The position numbers were made by a program, and so were the translations under genes. A stretch of DNA of 64,000 nt from Paraspadella gotoi (lineage: Eukaryota > Animalia > Chaetognatha), in assembly GCA_051294375.1 (NCBI GenBank), contig CM119265.1, forward strand, positions 20,464,672 through 20,528,671, read 5' to 3'. The first letter of the stretch is position 1. Each line of letters starts with the position of its first letter. Below the pieces are notes generated by a model that saw only the letters and a program-made list of their open reading frames with translations, ran no database searches and was not told the DNA's origin. Shown here in pieces: positions 1 through 11,587 of this stretch.

Positions 1-2
1 GA

Positions 3-300
3 GGAGAAAAGGGAGTTGGAGCGAAGCCCTCGACTAAGAACGCGACCAACTTCGTCGAGAGCTCCGCCGAAGACTCCGCACCGAACGACGTCAACGTTTC
101 CGGCAGACGGCGTCGCGGCGGACGCGGCGAAGGAGGCGGCGTCAGCGGCAGCGACGGCAATACTTCCGGGAGTGGATCCGGAAGCGGATCCGGAAGCGGA
201 TCCGGAAGCGGATCAGGAAGCAGTGGGAGTGGCAAAGGAGGCAAGGCAGGGAAGAGCTCGAAGAAGAACAGAAACATAAATCGAGTTGGGAGCAACGAAG
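3..300 (+). CDS. Internal exon (5'-truncated by the window) of a spliced gene; Gly/Ser-rich low-complexity segment
   Basis: Frame +3 is open from the window start: GEKGVGAKPSTKNATNFVESSAEDSAPNDVNVSGRRRRGGRGEGGGVSGSDGNTSGSGSGSGSGSGSGSGSSGSGKGGKAGKSSKKNRNINRVGSNE. Donor GAAG|GTTGGG at 300/301 is phase 1 and matches the next exon. This frame is not in the ORF track. Confidence 0.7.
173..220 (+). repeat. 12-bp coding tandem repeat (GGATCCGGAAGC) x3-4 encoding (GS)n
   Basis: The sequence reads ggatccggaagcggatccggaagcggatccggaagcggatcaggaagc. Confidence 0.9.
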
Positions 301-313
301 GTTGGGACGAGGG

Positions 314-370
<57 letters not shown>
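314..370. repeat. (GATT)n microsatellite, intronic
   Basis: About 14 perfect GATT units. Confidence 0.95.
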
Positions 371-373
<3 letters not shown>

Positions 374-436
374 AATTGATCAACTAGTTTATCGAAGTTA
401 AAACTGAGCTCCTCGATCCATCGAACCCATTTACAG

Positions 437-485
437 ATGACCTTCGTCGACTCGTTTCGACTGGAATCAACACCGAATTGAACCG
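437..485 (+). CDS. 49-nt internal exon (DDLRRLVSTGINTELNR)
   Basis: Acceptor ttacag| at 436/437 and donor CG|gtgact at 485/486. Phase 1 in and phase 2 out join in frame with both neighbouring exons. Confidence 0.7.
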
Positions 486-819
486 GTGACTGATCGATGC
501 TTTTTTTGATTCACGATATGGAAAATCAATACGAGACATTCTTTATGTTGAAAAATATTATTTGTATTTTATAGTCGTCATCGTTAAAATTATCTAATTT
601 AGAAGAACTTTGCCTAATTCTTTGGTTGACGCATTAATTCTCGTAATCTTGATTCAGTTTGGCTTTTACAAGAGAATTGGCTATGCTCGATTATTTTCAA
701 TAATGCGTTTTAGTTCGTAATTTTAAGAAAGTCTTATTTTTTCCGAAATAGAAAAATGTATTAGTTGCCACGTCAAAAGTAAACTCACCCGACAAACGAT
801 TGCATCGCCCGCCACTCAG

Positions 820-959
820 ATCTCTCAACGCGAATCCGAAGAGCGACAGTGGAAGTCAAACGACGACTACAACGACGACGACGTCGGCGACGGAAACGAC
901 GACGATGCCAACGCCGATTAAAGACAACAAGATCGCGGAAGTTTCCGTCGAGAAGAAAG
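820..959 (+). CDS. 140-nt internal exon, Thr-rich (SLNANPKSDSGSQTTTTTTTTSATETTTMPTPIKDNKIAEVSVEKK)
   Basis: Acceptor cactcag| at 819/820 with a branch-like ctcac upstream; donor AAAG|gtcaag at 959/960. Phase 2 in, phase 1 out, no stops. Confidence 0.7.
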
Positions 960-986
960 GTCAAGGACGATGATCGTGTTCATTCG

Positions 987-1060
987 GTTGCTTCAGTTGC
1001 TTCAGTTGCTTCAGTTGCTTCAGCTGCTTCAGTTGCTTCAGTTGCTTCAGTTGCTTCAGT
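987..1060. repeat. 9-bp tandem repeat (GTTGCTTCA) x about 8, intronic
   Basis: Seen directly; it explains the spurious SVASVAS and LQLLQL ORFs. Confidence 0.95.
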
Positions 1061-1545
1061 TCAGTTTTCGCATCGTCATCGAGTTCCTCCGTAATCTCAT
1101 TTCCCTTTTGTCAACTTTTTATATATCTCTNNNNNNNNNNAGTTCCTCCGTAATCTTATTTCCCTTTTGTCAACTTTTTATACATCTCTTTAATTATCTC
1201 GAGATTTCCCTCTCAGTTCGCCGATTCCCTCTTCTAAAGATTTCTTTCCAGCCATTTTGTTACATTGCCATTTTACCATTTCCCACTGTCATCTGGTAAT
1301 TTTCCCATTGTCATCTGGCCATTTCCTGCATTCAACTTGAAATTTGACTGTGTCATCTTAGGATTACTTACTATAGTCTTAGAGTTTCGTATCTGTCATC
1401 TTGTCATTTTTATTCGGTCATCTGGTCAATTCCATCCGTCATCTTGTCAATTCCATCCGTCATCTTGTCTATTTCCTTCTGTCATTTTGTCATCTCCCTT
1501 ATCATGACATTGTCTTTCGTCATCGCATCGTCATCAAACTCTCAG

Positions 1546-2123
1546 ACGCTCAATCGAAACGCGACGATCGCCTCAATCGTCTTCGTCGCGTCACTTCCGG
1601 TTTCGTCGCCGTCGCCAACGTCCCGCCCACCGCGCCGCCTCCATCCGGCGCCAATTCCACCCATGGCGCCAATTCCAGCTCCGCAGCAGCGCCGTCNNNN
1701 NNNNNNNNNNNNNNNNNNNNNNNNNNNNNNNNNNNNNNNNNNNNNNNNNNNNNNNNNNNNNNNNNNNNNNNNNNNNNNNNNNNNNNNNNNNNNNNNNNNN
1801 NNNNNNNNNNNNNNNNNNNNNNNNNNNNNNNNNNNNNNNNNNNNNNNNNNNNNNNNNNNNNNNNNNNNNNNNNNNNNNNNNNNNNNNNNNNNNNNNNNNN
1901 NNNNNNNNNNNNNNTGAGAGGTTACGCCAACGCCGTCAACCATCGGGCCAACGGTGGACTCAAGGTTCACGGGCCTCCGGCGCCGCGGGGCGGCGGCGGG
2001 TACGGCGGCGGTGGCGGCGGTTACGGCGGTGGGCAGCCGAACGAGCGGCCGGGAATGAGGAGAGTCGTGTTTGGCAATAATCAGACGATCGATGTCCCGA
2101 ACTGGAGCGGGAGGAGAGCTTGA
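1546..2123 (+). CDS. Terminal exon(s) of the plus-strand gene, interrupted by an N gap; Pro/Gly-rich C-terminus ending ...GMRRVVFGNNQTIDVPNWSGRRA*
   Basis: Acceptor ctctcag| at 1545/1546 in phase 1 gives DAQSKRDDRLNRLRRVTSGFVAVANVPPTAPPPSG.... After the gap (1697-1914) the frame reads RGYANAVNHRANGGLKVHGPPAPRGGGGYGGGGGGYGGGQ... to TGA at 2121-2123. An additional intron may lie in the gap. Confidence 0.65.
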
Positions 2124-2828
2124 TTGGAGCGGCGGAGTGGAGTTGAATGAAGTGGAGCAAAGCCGGGTGACAGAGANNNNNNNNNNNNNNNNNNNNNNNN
2201 NNNNNNNNNNNNNNNNNNNNNNNNNNNNNNNNNNNNNNNNNNNNNNNNNNNNNNNNNNNNNNNNNNNNNNNNNNNNNNNNNNNNNNNNNNNNNNNNNNNN
2301 NNNNNNNNNNNNNNNNNNNNNNNNNNNNNNNNNNNNNNNNNNNNNNNNNNNNNNNNNNNNNNNNNNNNNNNNNNNNNNNNNNNNNNNNNNNNNNNNNNNN
2401 NNNNNNNNNNNNNNNNNNNNNNNNNNNNNNNNNNNNNNNNNNNNNNNNNNNNNNNNNNNNNNNGAGAGAGAGAGAGAGAGATTGGAAAAATAAACTCGTG
2501 ATCGTGTTTCCTTCACGTGTTTCGAGCGAAAATCGTACAGGAAACGTGGCAGCTGTTAAGCGTCGTCGTTGTTGTTGTTGTCGTCGTCGTCGTCTTGGTG
2601 ACGTTTTTATTCTTCACGTACGTCATTCGGTCTGGCGTAGCGTGGCGTGGCGTGGCGTTCAATCGTCAACGAATTCGGAGAATGTAAATAAAAACAAACG
2701 GAAGGATCGTAAAAAAGGGGAAGGAGTCGTCGGGCGAAAGCAGCGAGGAGAAATGATTAAGTTAAGAGAAATTGAAAAGGGACTCGAATTAAAAGGAGAA
2801 GGGNNNNNNNNNNNNNNNNNNNNNNNNN

Positions 2829-5800
2829 CGAGGCGAGAGTGGAGAGAGAGACTCGGAAAAGATACAGCGAGAGACATATGCGAAGACTTTGGGGAACAAG
2901 CAACGAAGGTTGGGACGCAGGGGATATGATTGATCTGGTATTGTTTGTATGTCACAGGTATATGTGTGTTTTGATTCTGAATACTGGCGGATATAGAAGT
3001 TATGGGATTGACCGTACATATATTTTTATTAGTTTGATCGTGAGTTCTTGTAGGTGCATGTTGCGGTCATCTGAGAGTATCATCCATCTAGACACTATTT
3101 CCTTCGAGTTTTTTACAGGATTGAGACCTTGATCGACTCGTGTTTTTCGACAGAGGGTCACTATGGCCGTTTTACGCAGTGTATTATTATATTGGATATT
3201 CCGTGAGAGGGTTGCAGATCGTGCTTTGATTTATGTTTATTATATCTACTAAGTTTATAATTCATGTTCTATAGAGTGGATACGATTTTTTTTAGATGTT
3301 TGATTTTAGTATTTATAGTTCGTTTATTTCATTCTGGTTTATTATTCTTAGCATTTTTAAGAAAGAGGGCTTTTAGTCTTCACTTAATCTTCTTTTTGTG
3401 TTTGATGGTTCTTGTGCTCATTTTAATTCTACTTTGTATACATTTGTATTCAGTATGAGTTTGGCTTTTTTACTATGTAGACATTGGCTATGCTACGATT
3501 TTTATCTGTTTCTTATTTTCGGCGGTTTTATTTTACGTCATTTTATAGGAGAGTAGTTTCTTTTTCTCTTGAGAGAGTGATATGATGAAACTTGTGTACT
3601 ACAGGTTGCTCTCAGCTTCTATGCGCTAAGAGTACTCATCAGCCGACACGAGCTAGCCTGCCGAACTCACGAAGAATTGCATCACTCCGCGATATCCGAG
3701 AGGGACGACAGTGAGTCCACGACGAGCCCGGCAGGACGAACGACGCGCGAGCGAGGAGAAAACGAACGACGATGACGCCGAGACGATAGAGTTTTGGCGC
3801 GTTCGATTTGGGCCAGATTCAGTGACGGTACTTTATATAGATTCACGCGGAGGACAGATTTCCGTCAGGAGGTAGTGGTCTTTACCGAGGGACGATTGAA
3901 TCGCTTGTGATGTTACGTTTGTCCGACTGCTTGCTAGGTCAGTTTGCTTCAAGTCGTGCTTCAGTTGGCGATACGAGTTGCTTCAGTTGCTTGTTCGTAT
4001 GTTTTTGCTTTTAGTGTTTCATTTAGTTAGCTTCAGATATCTAGCTTCTTTTTCAAGTATTTGCTCATGTATCATATGCATCAGGCTGCTTCAGTTTCTC
4101 AGTTTTCCCGCATACGTGTCAATTGTGTGAGAGCTTCCTCCAGATATTTCTTCGTTATAACCATTGTTCGTCACACGTTTTTATATATCTCTTTTCATTG
4201 GCAATCAGGTTTCTCTCGTGGTCTGTGCTGCATTCCGCCGATGTCTAAGATTATCTTCTCCAGCCCATTTTTTGTTACATTTTAACTCTATTCGCCACTG
4301 GGTCGTCGTATGGATATGTTATTATACCTATTGTCATCTCATAGTATATCGTTCTTTTCGAGGTATCACTTATATATTTTGTCCTGGCTGGTCATCTTGA
4401 CTGATATATGTCATCGGAGTTTTCTGTTTATCTGGTCATCTTGTCTTTATACCTCGCGATCATATTTAAGTTATTCGGGGTGCAGTAGCATCTGGTCAGA
4501 GTTCCATGACCGATATCTTGTGCAATTCCAGTCCATAATCCATCTAGGATTGTTTATATCACTATCTATATGTTATAATCTGTGTCTTCTCCGCATTTAT
4601 AGTTTTCGGTGTATCTATTGATCTTCGTCATCCGAGGTGTGTGAGCTCAGATCATTCTACGTTTCACTCTCAGAATATAATCATGATAGCATATTGATTA
4701 ACTTTACTGAACTTACAATGATATATCGAGTACAACGGAGCGATATTCAGCCTTATTCGCTTCGGACAGTTACAGCGTCCTATTCAGAGGTTGTTCTGTC
4801 GGATGCTCAGTCGACCACGTCACCGTCCACCGACAGCTGGTAGACTCCGCTTTCTATCGGACTCCAATTTCCCCTGTCGGTGTGCGTAGGAGACCAAGTT
4901 ACAGCTCACTCTAACAGCGCCGTCGACCGTCTTGCAGCGTCAGTTAGTTCGGGGCGCATCTGGGGTTATTGAGAAGGTGCCCAAGAGGAGGAGGCCAGGT
5001 TTTTCGCCGATTCACGGGGGTTGGGCGGAGGGGAGGCGGAGGCTGCTGATATAGAAGCGTGTCCGAAGCATACGCCGCTTCCGCTCCGCGCGTTCGATAA
5101 TAGTCTCACAGCATATCAGCCTTGCACAGACAGAGACAGAACGATCGGACGATGATGGCATTTTGCAGGATATTTTTTACACTTGACTTCTATATCCAGG
5201 GCGACGCTTCTTATTCTGTTTAACAACGACTCCATCTATCGTTCTCATGTCTTCGTTTCCGATGAACCGTGAGATTTCGTTTCTCGTCCGCTCTTCGATA
5301 AATTCTTCATTCTTCTCGATTGAATGCCTACTTCCGCTTTCTCTCTTTCTCGCCGCGTGACCGGAAGGAGAGATGCTTCTCAGGAAGCAAGAGTCCAGAG
5401 AGTCTCAGCCGTACGTGCTGTAGAAGAAGTCAGAAGAGGTAGCGTCAGTAGATATGACATTCGCGGAGGATAGCAGAGTGACACGGAGACAGCGTTCCTC
5501 AGGGTAGCGCTAGCTTAGGGTACGCCAACGCCGGTCCCTGGGGGGGCCACGGTGGACGTCAGTTCACGGGGGCACTTACGCGGCGGCCGCGGGGGCGGCG
5601 GCGGTACGCGGCGGTGGCGGCGGTTACGGCGGTGGGCACCGAACGAGCGGCCGGGAATGAGAGTAGTCGTGGTTTGTGCATAATTCAGACGATCGTGTCC
5701 CGAACTAGGCAGAGGGGAGAAGGGTTAGATTGAGATTCAGAGAAGAGCGAAGAAGAGTGGAGTTGAATGAAGTGGAGCAGCCGGGTTACAGAAGAGAGGA

Positions 5801-6320
5801 GCGGTGAGAAGAGAGAGGAGTGGGCGGCAAGGTGGAAGCTAAATCGAGATACAAGCTGAAAATAAAATAGTGACTCATTGGAGATCAAACATTGTTGTTT
5901 CTTTTAGGGAGGGGAGGGGGGGGAGCACAGCGAGAGGGGAGGAGGGAGAGAGAGAGAGAGAGGAAGAAGAGAGAGAGAGAGAGAGAGATTGGAAAAATAA
6001 ACTCGTGATCGTGTTTCCTTCACGTGTTTCGAGCGGGAGGGACGATGACGGAGGAGGAGGCGTGGCAGCTGTTAAGGCGTCGTCCGTATATTGTCTGTGT
6101 GGTTCGTCGTCGTCGTCTTCGTGACGTTTTTTATTCTTTCACAAGTACGTCATTTCGGTCTGGGCGTAAGCGTGGCGCGGTGGCGTGGCGTCAATCGTCA
6201 CGATTACAGAGAATGTAAATAAACACGGAAGATGCGTAAAAAGGGGAGGAGGGGAGTCGTCGGGCGGCGAAAGCAGCGAGGAGAAAATGATTAAAGTTTA
6301 TTAGAGAAATTTGGAAAAGG
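2829..6320 (+). repeat. Indel-rich direct copy of about 250-2800 (probable unpolished long-read gap fill)
   Basis: Collinear anchors: agcaacgaaggttgggacg (291 and 2899), gttgcttcagttgc (987 and about 3977), ggttacggcggtgggca..gaacgagcggccgggaatga (about 2020 and 5622), gagagattggaaaaataaactcgtgatcgtgtttccttcacgtgtttcgagcg (about 2476 and 5983). It starts right after a 25-N gap. Confidence 0.85.
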
Positions 6321-7200
6321 GAGCTATTCTCGAAATATTAAAAGGGAGAAAAGGGGAAAAAAAAAGAAAAGATTAACGAAGAGAAGAAGAAAAAAAAAAG
6401 GTAAGAAGAAATGGCGTCAATGGCCAGAGATAAAATAGAGAGGGAGAAAGTGAAAAGTGAAAGAATCGGACGTGAAGGAGGAGATGAGGAGAGGGCGAGG
6501 GCGGAGGAGGGGAGGGAGAAGAGAGAGAGAGAGAAGAGAGGAAGAGAGAAAGAGAGAAGAAGAGAGAGAGAGAGAGACGTCGCGGACGGAACAGCTGCGG
6601 CTGCCGGTTTGGCTTGCGGCGGCGGCGGGGCGGGCGGATGGCGGCAGCGGCGGGGGCGGCGGGCTTTAATCATGGGATGTAGTTTCGAGTTTGATGAAAG
6701 GAACTGAATGAAATTAAGTGAACCGAAAACAGGCAAGATTCGCGTTGAAAGACGGACATGGGAAAACTAAGGGGAGGAGGGAGAGGGGGGGAGGAAAGAG
6801 GAGGGGATGGGCATGTGAGGGGTGAAAAGAAGCGGGAAGTTGGAGTTAGTTAAAACACTGCTAGGTACACCATCCGGGACGTTTTTTGGTTTTGTTTTCC
6901 GCCGAGGTCAGAAAACAAACTAAAACAAAACGTCAGTTTTACGTTTTGTTTATCGCCGAAAAAAAACCTTTTTAACGATTTGTCACAACTGGCCGAAGCT
7001 GGCCGCACTTACTCAAAGGCGCCTTAACTCCGACGCGGGTAAGTTTCCTTACCCTCTAGGTCGAAGGAGGTAGGGTCAACGTTCACGAGACCCGCCGGCT
7101 AATTTCGAGGCGAAGTAAGTTTCTTGTTGAAACGACGAAACCAAACAAATCGTGAAAACGAAATCGAGAGACGAAAGGGAAAGTTTGATTAAAAGTGACG

Positions 7201-7202
<2 letters not shown>

Positions 7203-7249
<47 letters not shown>

Positions 7250-7270
7250 CGACGACGACGATGACGACGA
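7203..7270. repeat. (GAC)n trinucleotide microsatellite
   Basis: About 22 GAC/GAT units. Confidence 0.95.
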
Positions 7271-8539
7271 TGGATCCGCGAGACACAATTAAGCGAAACA
7301 TTTTAAGTTTAAAATGAAATTGACGGATCCACTCATCGTTTTCCTTCTTACGCTCACTTTCCTTTGTTGTCGTTGTCGTTTCGGAGTGATTGTCATAGTT
7401 TTGTCATTATTTTTCGTAGCTAATAATTATAATCGATAAATAAGCTATCTTGCCCTTGACTTTGGACAGGCTATGGTGAGACCTCCATCTCATAGCGGAC
7501 CCTGAAAGGTTTCGATCAAGACTTTCCCACAGTCTAGTTTAGTAGAGTGCTTGGATTTGTTTTTGTCGTGCAAAAAAATAAATACAATACTGTAGGACAA
7601 TGTGAAAAATCATTGATCTGAACGAAACGGAATTCGAACTCGACATTGAGCTAAACTCCTAAGACAAACTGTTCTCTCTTCTGATGGAGCTGTTGTTGTC
7701 GTCTTCTTTTCCCGAGACCAAAAGCCAAAACCATCACCCAGAATCGTCGACGGAACCCGGAATCTTCCGCCCACAACATCACCAACTTCACTCACCATTA
7801 ATCACCACTTCTACACGTCGCCACTTTGGCAGAATATTCTCTCTCTCTCTCTCTCCTCTCATTTCTCTCTCTCTCTCTCTCTTCTCTCTCGGTCATCTCT
7901 CTCTCTCCTCTGCAGCGATAGCGAGCGCGCCGGAAAAACACCATAAAATTTTTCCACCATGTTTTGTAAACACCATAACCCGTAACTAATCATAATAATT
8001 AATGCCATAATCCCGAGGGTTCGTCGAGTTACGGCCAAAACAGTTTACGAAGCCTCTTGTGTTTACGTAAGAAAAGATTTGAAGACGTCGCTGTGAGGGA
8101 CCGCGAATCCAGGAAACGATCTGTGTGTGGCCGCAGGACCCGTTGCCGTGGAGACGGAAAAATCCCTTTAAAATTGTTTAAAAAAAGATATTTTTAAAAA
8201 ACAAAATTTATTTTTGTGTTACTTATTTTTTGTATATCAGTAATAGTGTCTCGTAAAATCTGTAAATTGTAAGTTTTAATAAACCTTGTCGATAAGAACG
8301 AGCAATTAATACAATTAGTAAGCATAACAATAAACAAATAAAAAATGAGCAACGCTGATGAAGGCTTGAATTGTAAGCCGAAACATGTCCTTTTTTCTAT
8401 GAAAAATAAAAAATCATTGTTGAAAACAAATTTCAAACTTTTTGTCAATAAAACAAAAAATTGTTCCAAAAACTCTTTTTTTCTTTTCTTTTCTTTTCTT
8501 TTCTTACTTCTTAAAAAGTAACGTTTTCTCTTCCTAGTC

Positions 8540-8541
8540 GT

Positions 8542-8577
<36 letters not shown>

Positions 8578-8581
8578 GTCT

Positions 8582-8624
<43 letters not shown>

Positions 8625-8808
8625 GCTTTCTCTCCTCACTTCTCTTCGCAGCGAAGCCATTAGGCGACGGGAGACATTAAAGAGATTTTTTTTCTCTGTG
8701 TCTCTGTCCGCTTTCCTCTCCTCTCTCTCACTCTCCCTCCTTCTCTTCTCTCCCTCTCTCTCTCTCTCTCCTCTCTCCTCTCTCCTCTCTCTCTCTCTCT
8801 TCCCTCTC
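8540..8808. repeat. Interrupted (CT)n microsatellite cluster
   Basis: Two long CT tracts separated by about 70 bp of unique sequence. Confidence 0.9.
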
Positions 8809-9393
8809 CGTCACGTGCTCAGGAAGCGATCACTCATAAAAGAGAGACTCGTTTTTTCTTTTATCTTGTCACGGGACGCGTCGCTTTTGGTGAATGGGGC
8901 TGTGAATGCGGCGACGACTGAGCGCCGTGAATGCGCCGCGTAATGTTTGCACGCGAGCGATCGCACGTGAAAACACCGCATGGCTGCACATAAAGGCGAG
9001 ACTAAAGACTTCGAGAAAAAAAAGAAAGCGTCATGTAGTTGCCAAAATAAAATAATATTTTGTAAATAGATATATAAGGATAAAAGAATAAAACAGGATT
9101 CAATGATATGGAATAATGGGCAATCTGTGATAAAGTGAATTTATTATCCTACTAGTTATTGTCACGTTAGTTTTGTTAAGCTTTTTTTTATTAACTCCTT
9201 TTATTCTCCCTTATTCTTCCAATCTGAATATCTTTCTATTTCTCTCTCTCTCTCTCTCTCTCTTAAAAGTTTTTCGTTCTCTCTCTCTCCTTCCACTTCT
9301 TTTTTTTCCTTTTCTCTTTTCTTCCTTCCTCACCCTTCCCACCTCCTCCTCCTTCTCCTCCTCCACTTCCTCCTCCTCCTCATCCTCCTCTAC

Positions 9394-9525
9394 CTTGACG
9401 ACCGACGCGTTAACAGCGACGCAATCGTTGCCGGTTTTGATGTCCTCGTTTCCTGATGTGGTAGCGTGGGTGAGGGGGAAGGGGCGGACAAAAAGGCGCC
9501 GTGGATTGGCGATGTGGGGAGGGCG
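9394..9525 (-). CDS. Candidate 132-nt symmetric internal exon, product unknown
   Basis: Minus-strand acceptor ctctcttctcgttacccacag| and donor AAG|gtagag. Two frames are open (RPPHIANPRRLF... and ALPTSPIHGAFLSAPSPSPTLPHQETRTSKPATIASLLTRRSS). It is a GC-rich island in AT-rich, microsatellite-rich flanks. Confidence 0.4.
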
Positions 9526-9708
9526 CTGTGGGTAACGAGAAGAGAGGTTATATATGTGGGTAGAGGGTTTAGATTTGGTGGTCTTGGTCCGTACAATTGC
9601 CATACGATTGCCTCTAATATTAATTATTAATAAACATAGAGATATCGTTGTTTTTTTAAATATATATTTTAATTTATGTGGCGATGAATGGTGAGAGAGG
9701 CCTCCAAT

Positions 9709-9785
9709 GGCCTGACAGCCCGACATCCTGACAGTCCGATGGCCTGACAGCCCGACAGCCTGACAGTCCGATGGCCTGACAGCCT
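9709..9785. repeat. Compound 8-bp repeat (CCTGACAG/CCCGACAG/TCCGATGG) with 32-bp higher-order period
   Basis: The sequence reads gcctgacagcccgacatcctgacagtccgatggcctgacagcccgacagcctgacagtccgatggcctgacagcc. Confidence 0.85.
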
Positions 9786-9904
9786 CCGTCGCGACCCAAA
9801 AGTCTCCCACTTTCGGTTCCATCAAAATAACGAAAACCAAAACCAAAACAATGAACTTTTTTTCAAGTCTCAACAAAGACGGCGCTGGCGTTTTATTCCC
9901 CATT

Positions 9905-9917
9905 TTCTTTTCTTTTT

Positions 9918-9949
<32 letters not shown>

Positions 9950-9955
9950 TTCTTT

Positions 9956-9986
<31 letters not shown>

Positions 9987-10025
9987 TTTCTTCTTTCTTC
10001 TTTCTTTCTTTCTTTTTTCTTTTTC
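9905..10025. repeat. (TTTC)n microsatellite, imperfect
   Basis: Seen directly. Confidence 0.9.
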
Positions 10026-11052
10026 TCTCATTTTTTTTAAACGACGTCAACGACAAAAGAGACTCTCGGTTGTTTCTTCTTTTCGTTTCGACGCCAACTC
10101 AAGTCCCTCGCGTTTCAGTTACATCCGGTTATTCTCTCTGTTTCAACTTCATCCGTGGAAAAGTCGTACCTTATTAGTTTCCTTAGTTTCGCTTAGTTTT
10201 CAACGTCATCCATTATAATATTAAAACCATTTTTTTGTATTAATTTTGAAAATTCCGAAATATTGCATTGAATTTGACAATCAATTTCATCAAATCCATA
10301 CTTAAAACTTCATACTTTTTCTTTCGGACATATTTTTTAATAATCTGCACCAAAGCTTTTAATTCTGTGACGGGACTTCCGAGAGACAACCTGGTATCAA
10401 TTGACCGGTGACTACACGCAATGTCTATTCATTATTCTATCTCCTATTCCTCCTCCTCCTCCTCTTCCTCATCTTCATCCTTCATTTTCTTCGCATCGAT
10501 CAGTTTAAAAAAGTCAACGCAAAGTTATTTTTTTTTCTCGCTCCAGATTTTCGCTTCGGTTTTTACGATCATGAATTTATAATTTAATTTTCGCGACTCG
10601 AATCGACGTCGTCGCGATTAGAAATGGCGGCGGAATTCAACGATCGAGAGCGAGTGGACGGGGGTCCAGACGGATAGAGACGGAGACAGAGAGGATGTCG
10701 AAAGAGGGCAAGGCTGACCCGGATGTTGAGTTGTTGGGTGAAGGCAAGAATGGTCACGATTGGTCACGTTGCTTCGATGTAGAATTTGTCGCCAGGAAAA
10801 GAAGGGAGTGTTAACCTATTCGTATTCGTAAAAAGGAGAGTAATAAAGACAATATCTACGCTATATTACAATAAATCGATCGAATTCTACGAAATAAAAA
10901 GTCGAAATTCGACTTGGAGGTAGTAAAAGCAAAGAGTGAGAGAGAGAGAGAAAAAGAGAGTGAATTTGTTTAATGGTTATTTCTTGCAGCAGTCGAGGGC
11001 GAAAACTGCTTCGCGTTTAATGCGAAAACAAACCGCGAGATTCCGTCCCTAG

Positions 11053-11159
<107 letters not shown>

Positions 11160-11556
11160 AGTCCCTTAAAATCTCTCATCCCCTAAATCGATTTAAATGC
11201 AAAGAAGTTTAAATTGACGCTAGTTGAGCTCAAGCTGCCAAATGCCAAAACTTGCGACAAAAAGCGGTTGTTGACTTTTCGACGCTTGATGTCGTTTCGA
11301 AAACATGTCTCGACTTGTCTCGTGATACGAATTGATCAACGGAAGTGAACGAGAACGTGTCATAGTTGAAATCTACTCGAATGTACTATAATTTAGCAAA
11401 AAATATCCAGGTTTTTTTTTAGCTGTCAAAATATTTACTAAATATAGTTATTCTCAAGGATCTACGCAACGCATCTTTGACGACGTTATCATCGTCGCTA
11501 TCGTCGTCGCTGTCGTCGTCGCTATCGTCTTCGAACTCACCATCTTTGAGGTCGTT

Positions 11557-11587
<31 letters not shown>

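Noticed and set aside
16-279. ORF-track protein MERSPRLR...DPEADPEA
   Set aside because: Frame +3 is open from the window edge and splices in phase with three downstream exons, so frame +1 is probably a shadow.
849-1507. ORFs with SVASVAS, LQLLQL or HLV repeats
   Set aside because: They are read-throughs of intronic tandem repeats.
2829-6320. A diverged tandem paralogue or pseudogene of the first gene
   Set aside because: Divergence is insertion-dominated, affects introns and exons alike, fades with distance from a 25-N gap, and fits raw-read error.
9211-10177. Lys/Arg/Glu-rich and Phe/Leu/Ser-rich ORFs resembling membrane or SR-like proteins, here and throughout the window
   Set aside because: They are translations of (TTTC)n, (CT)n and (TATC)n tracts, which lack stop codons.
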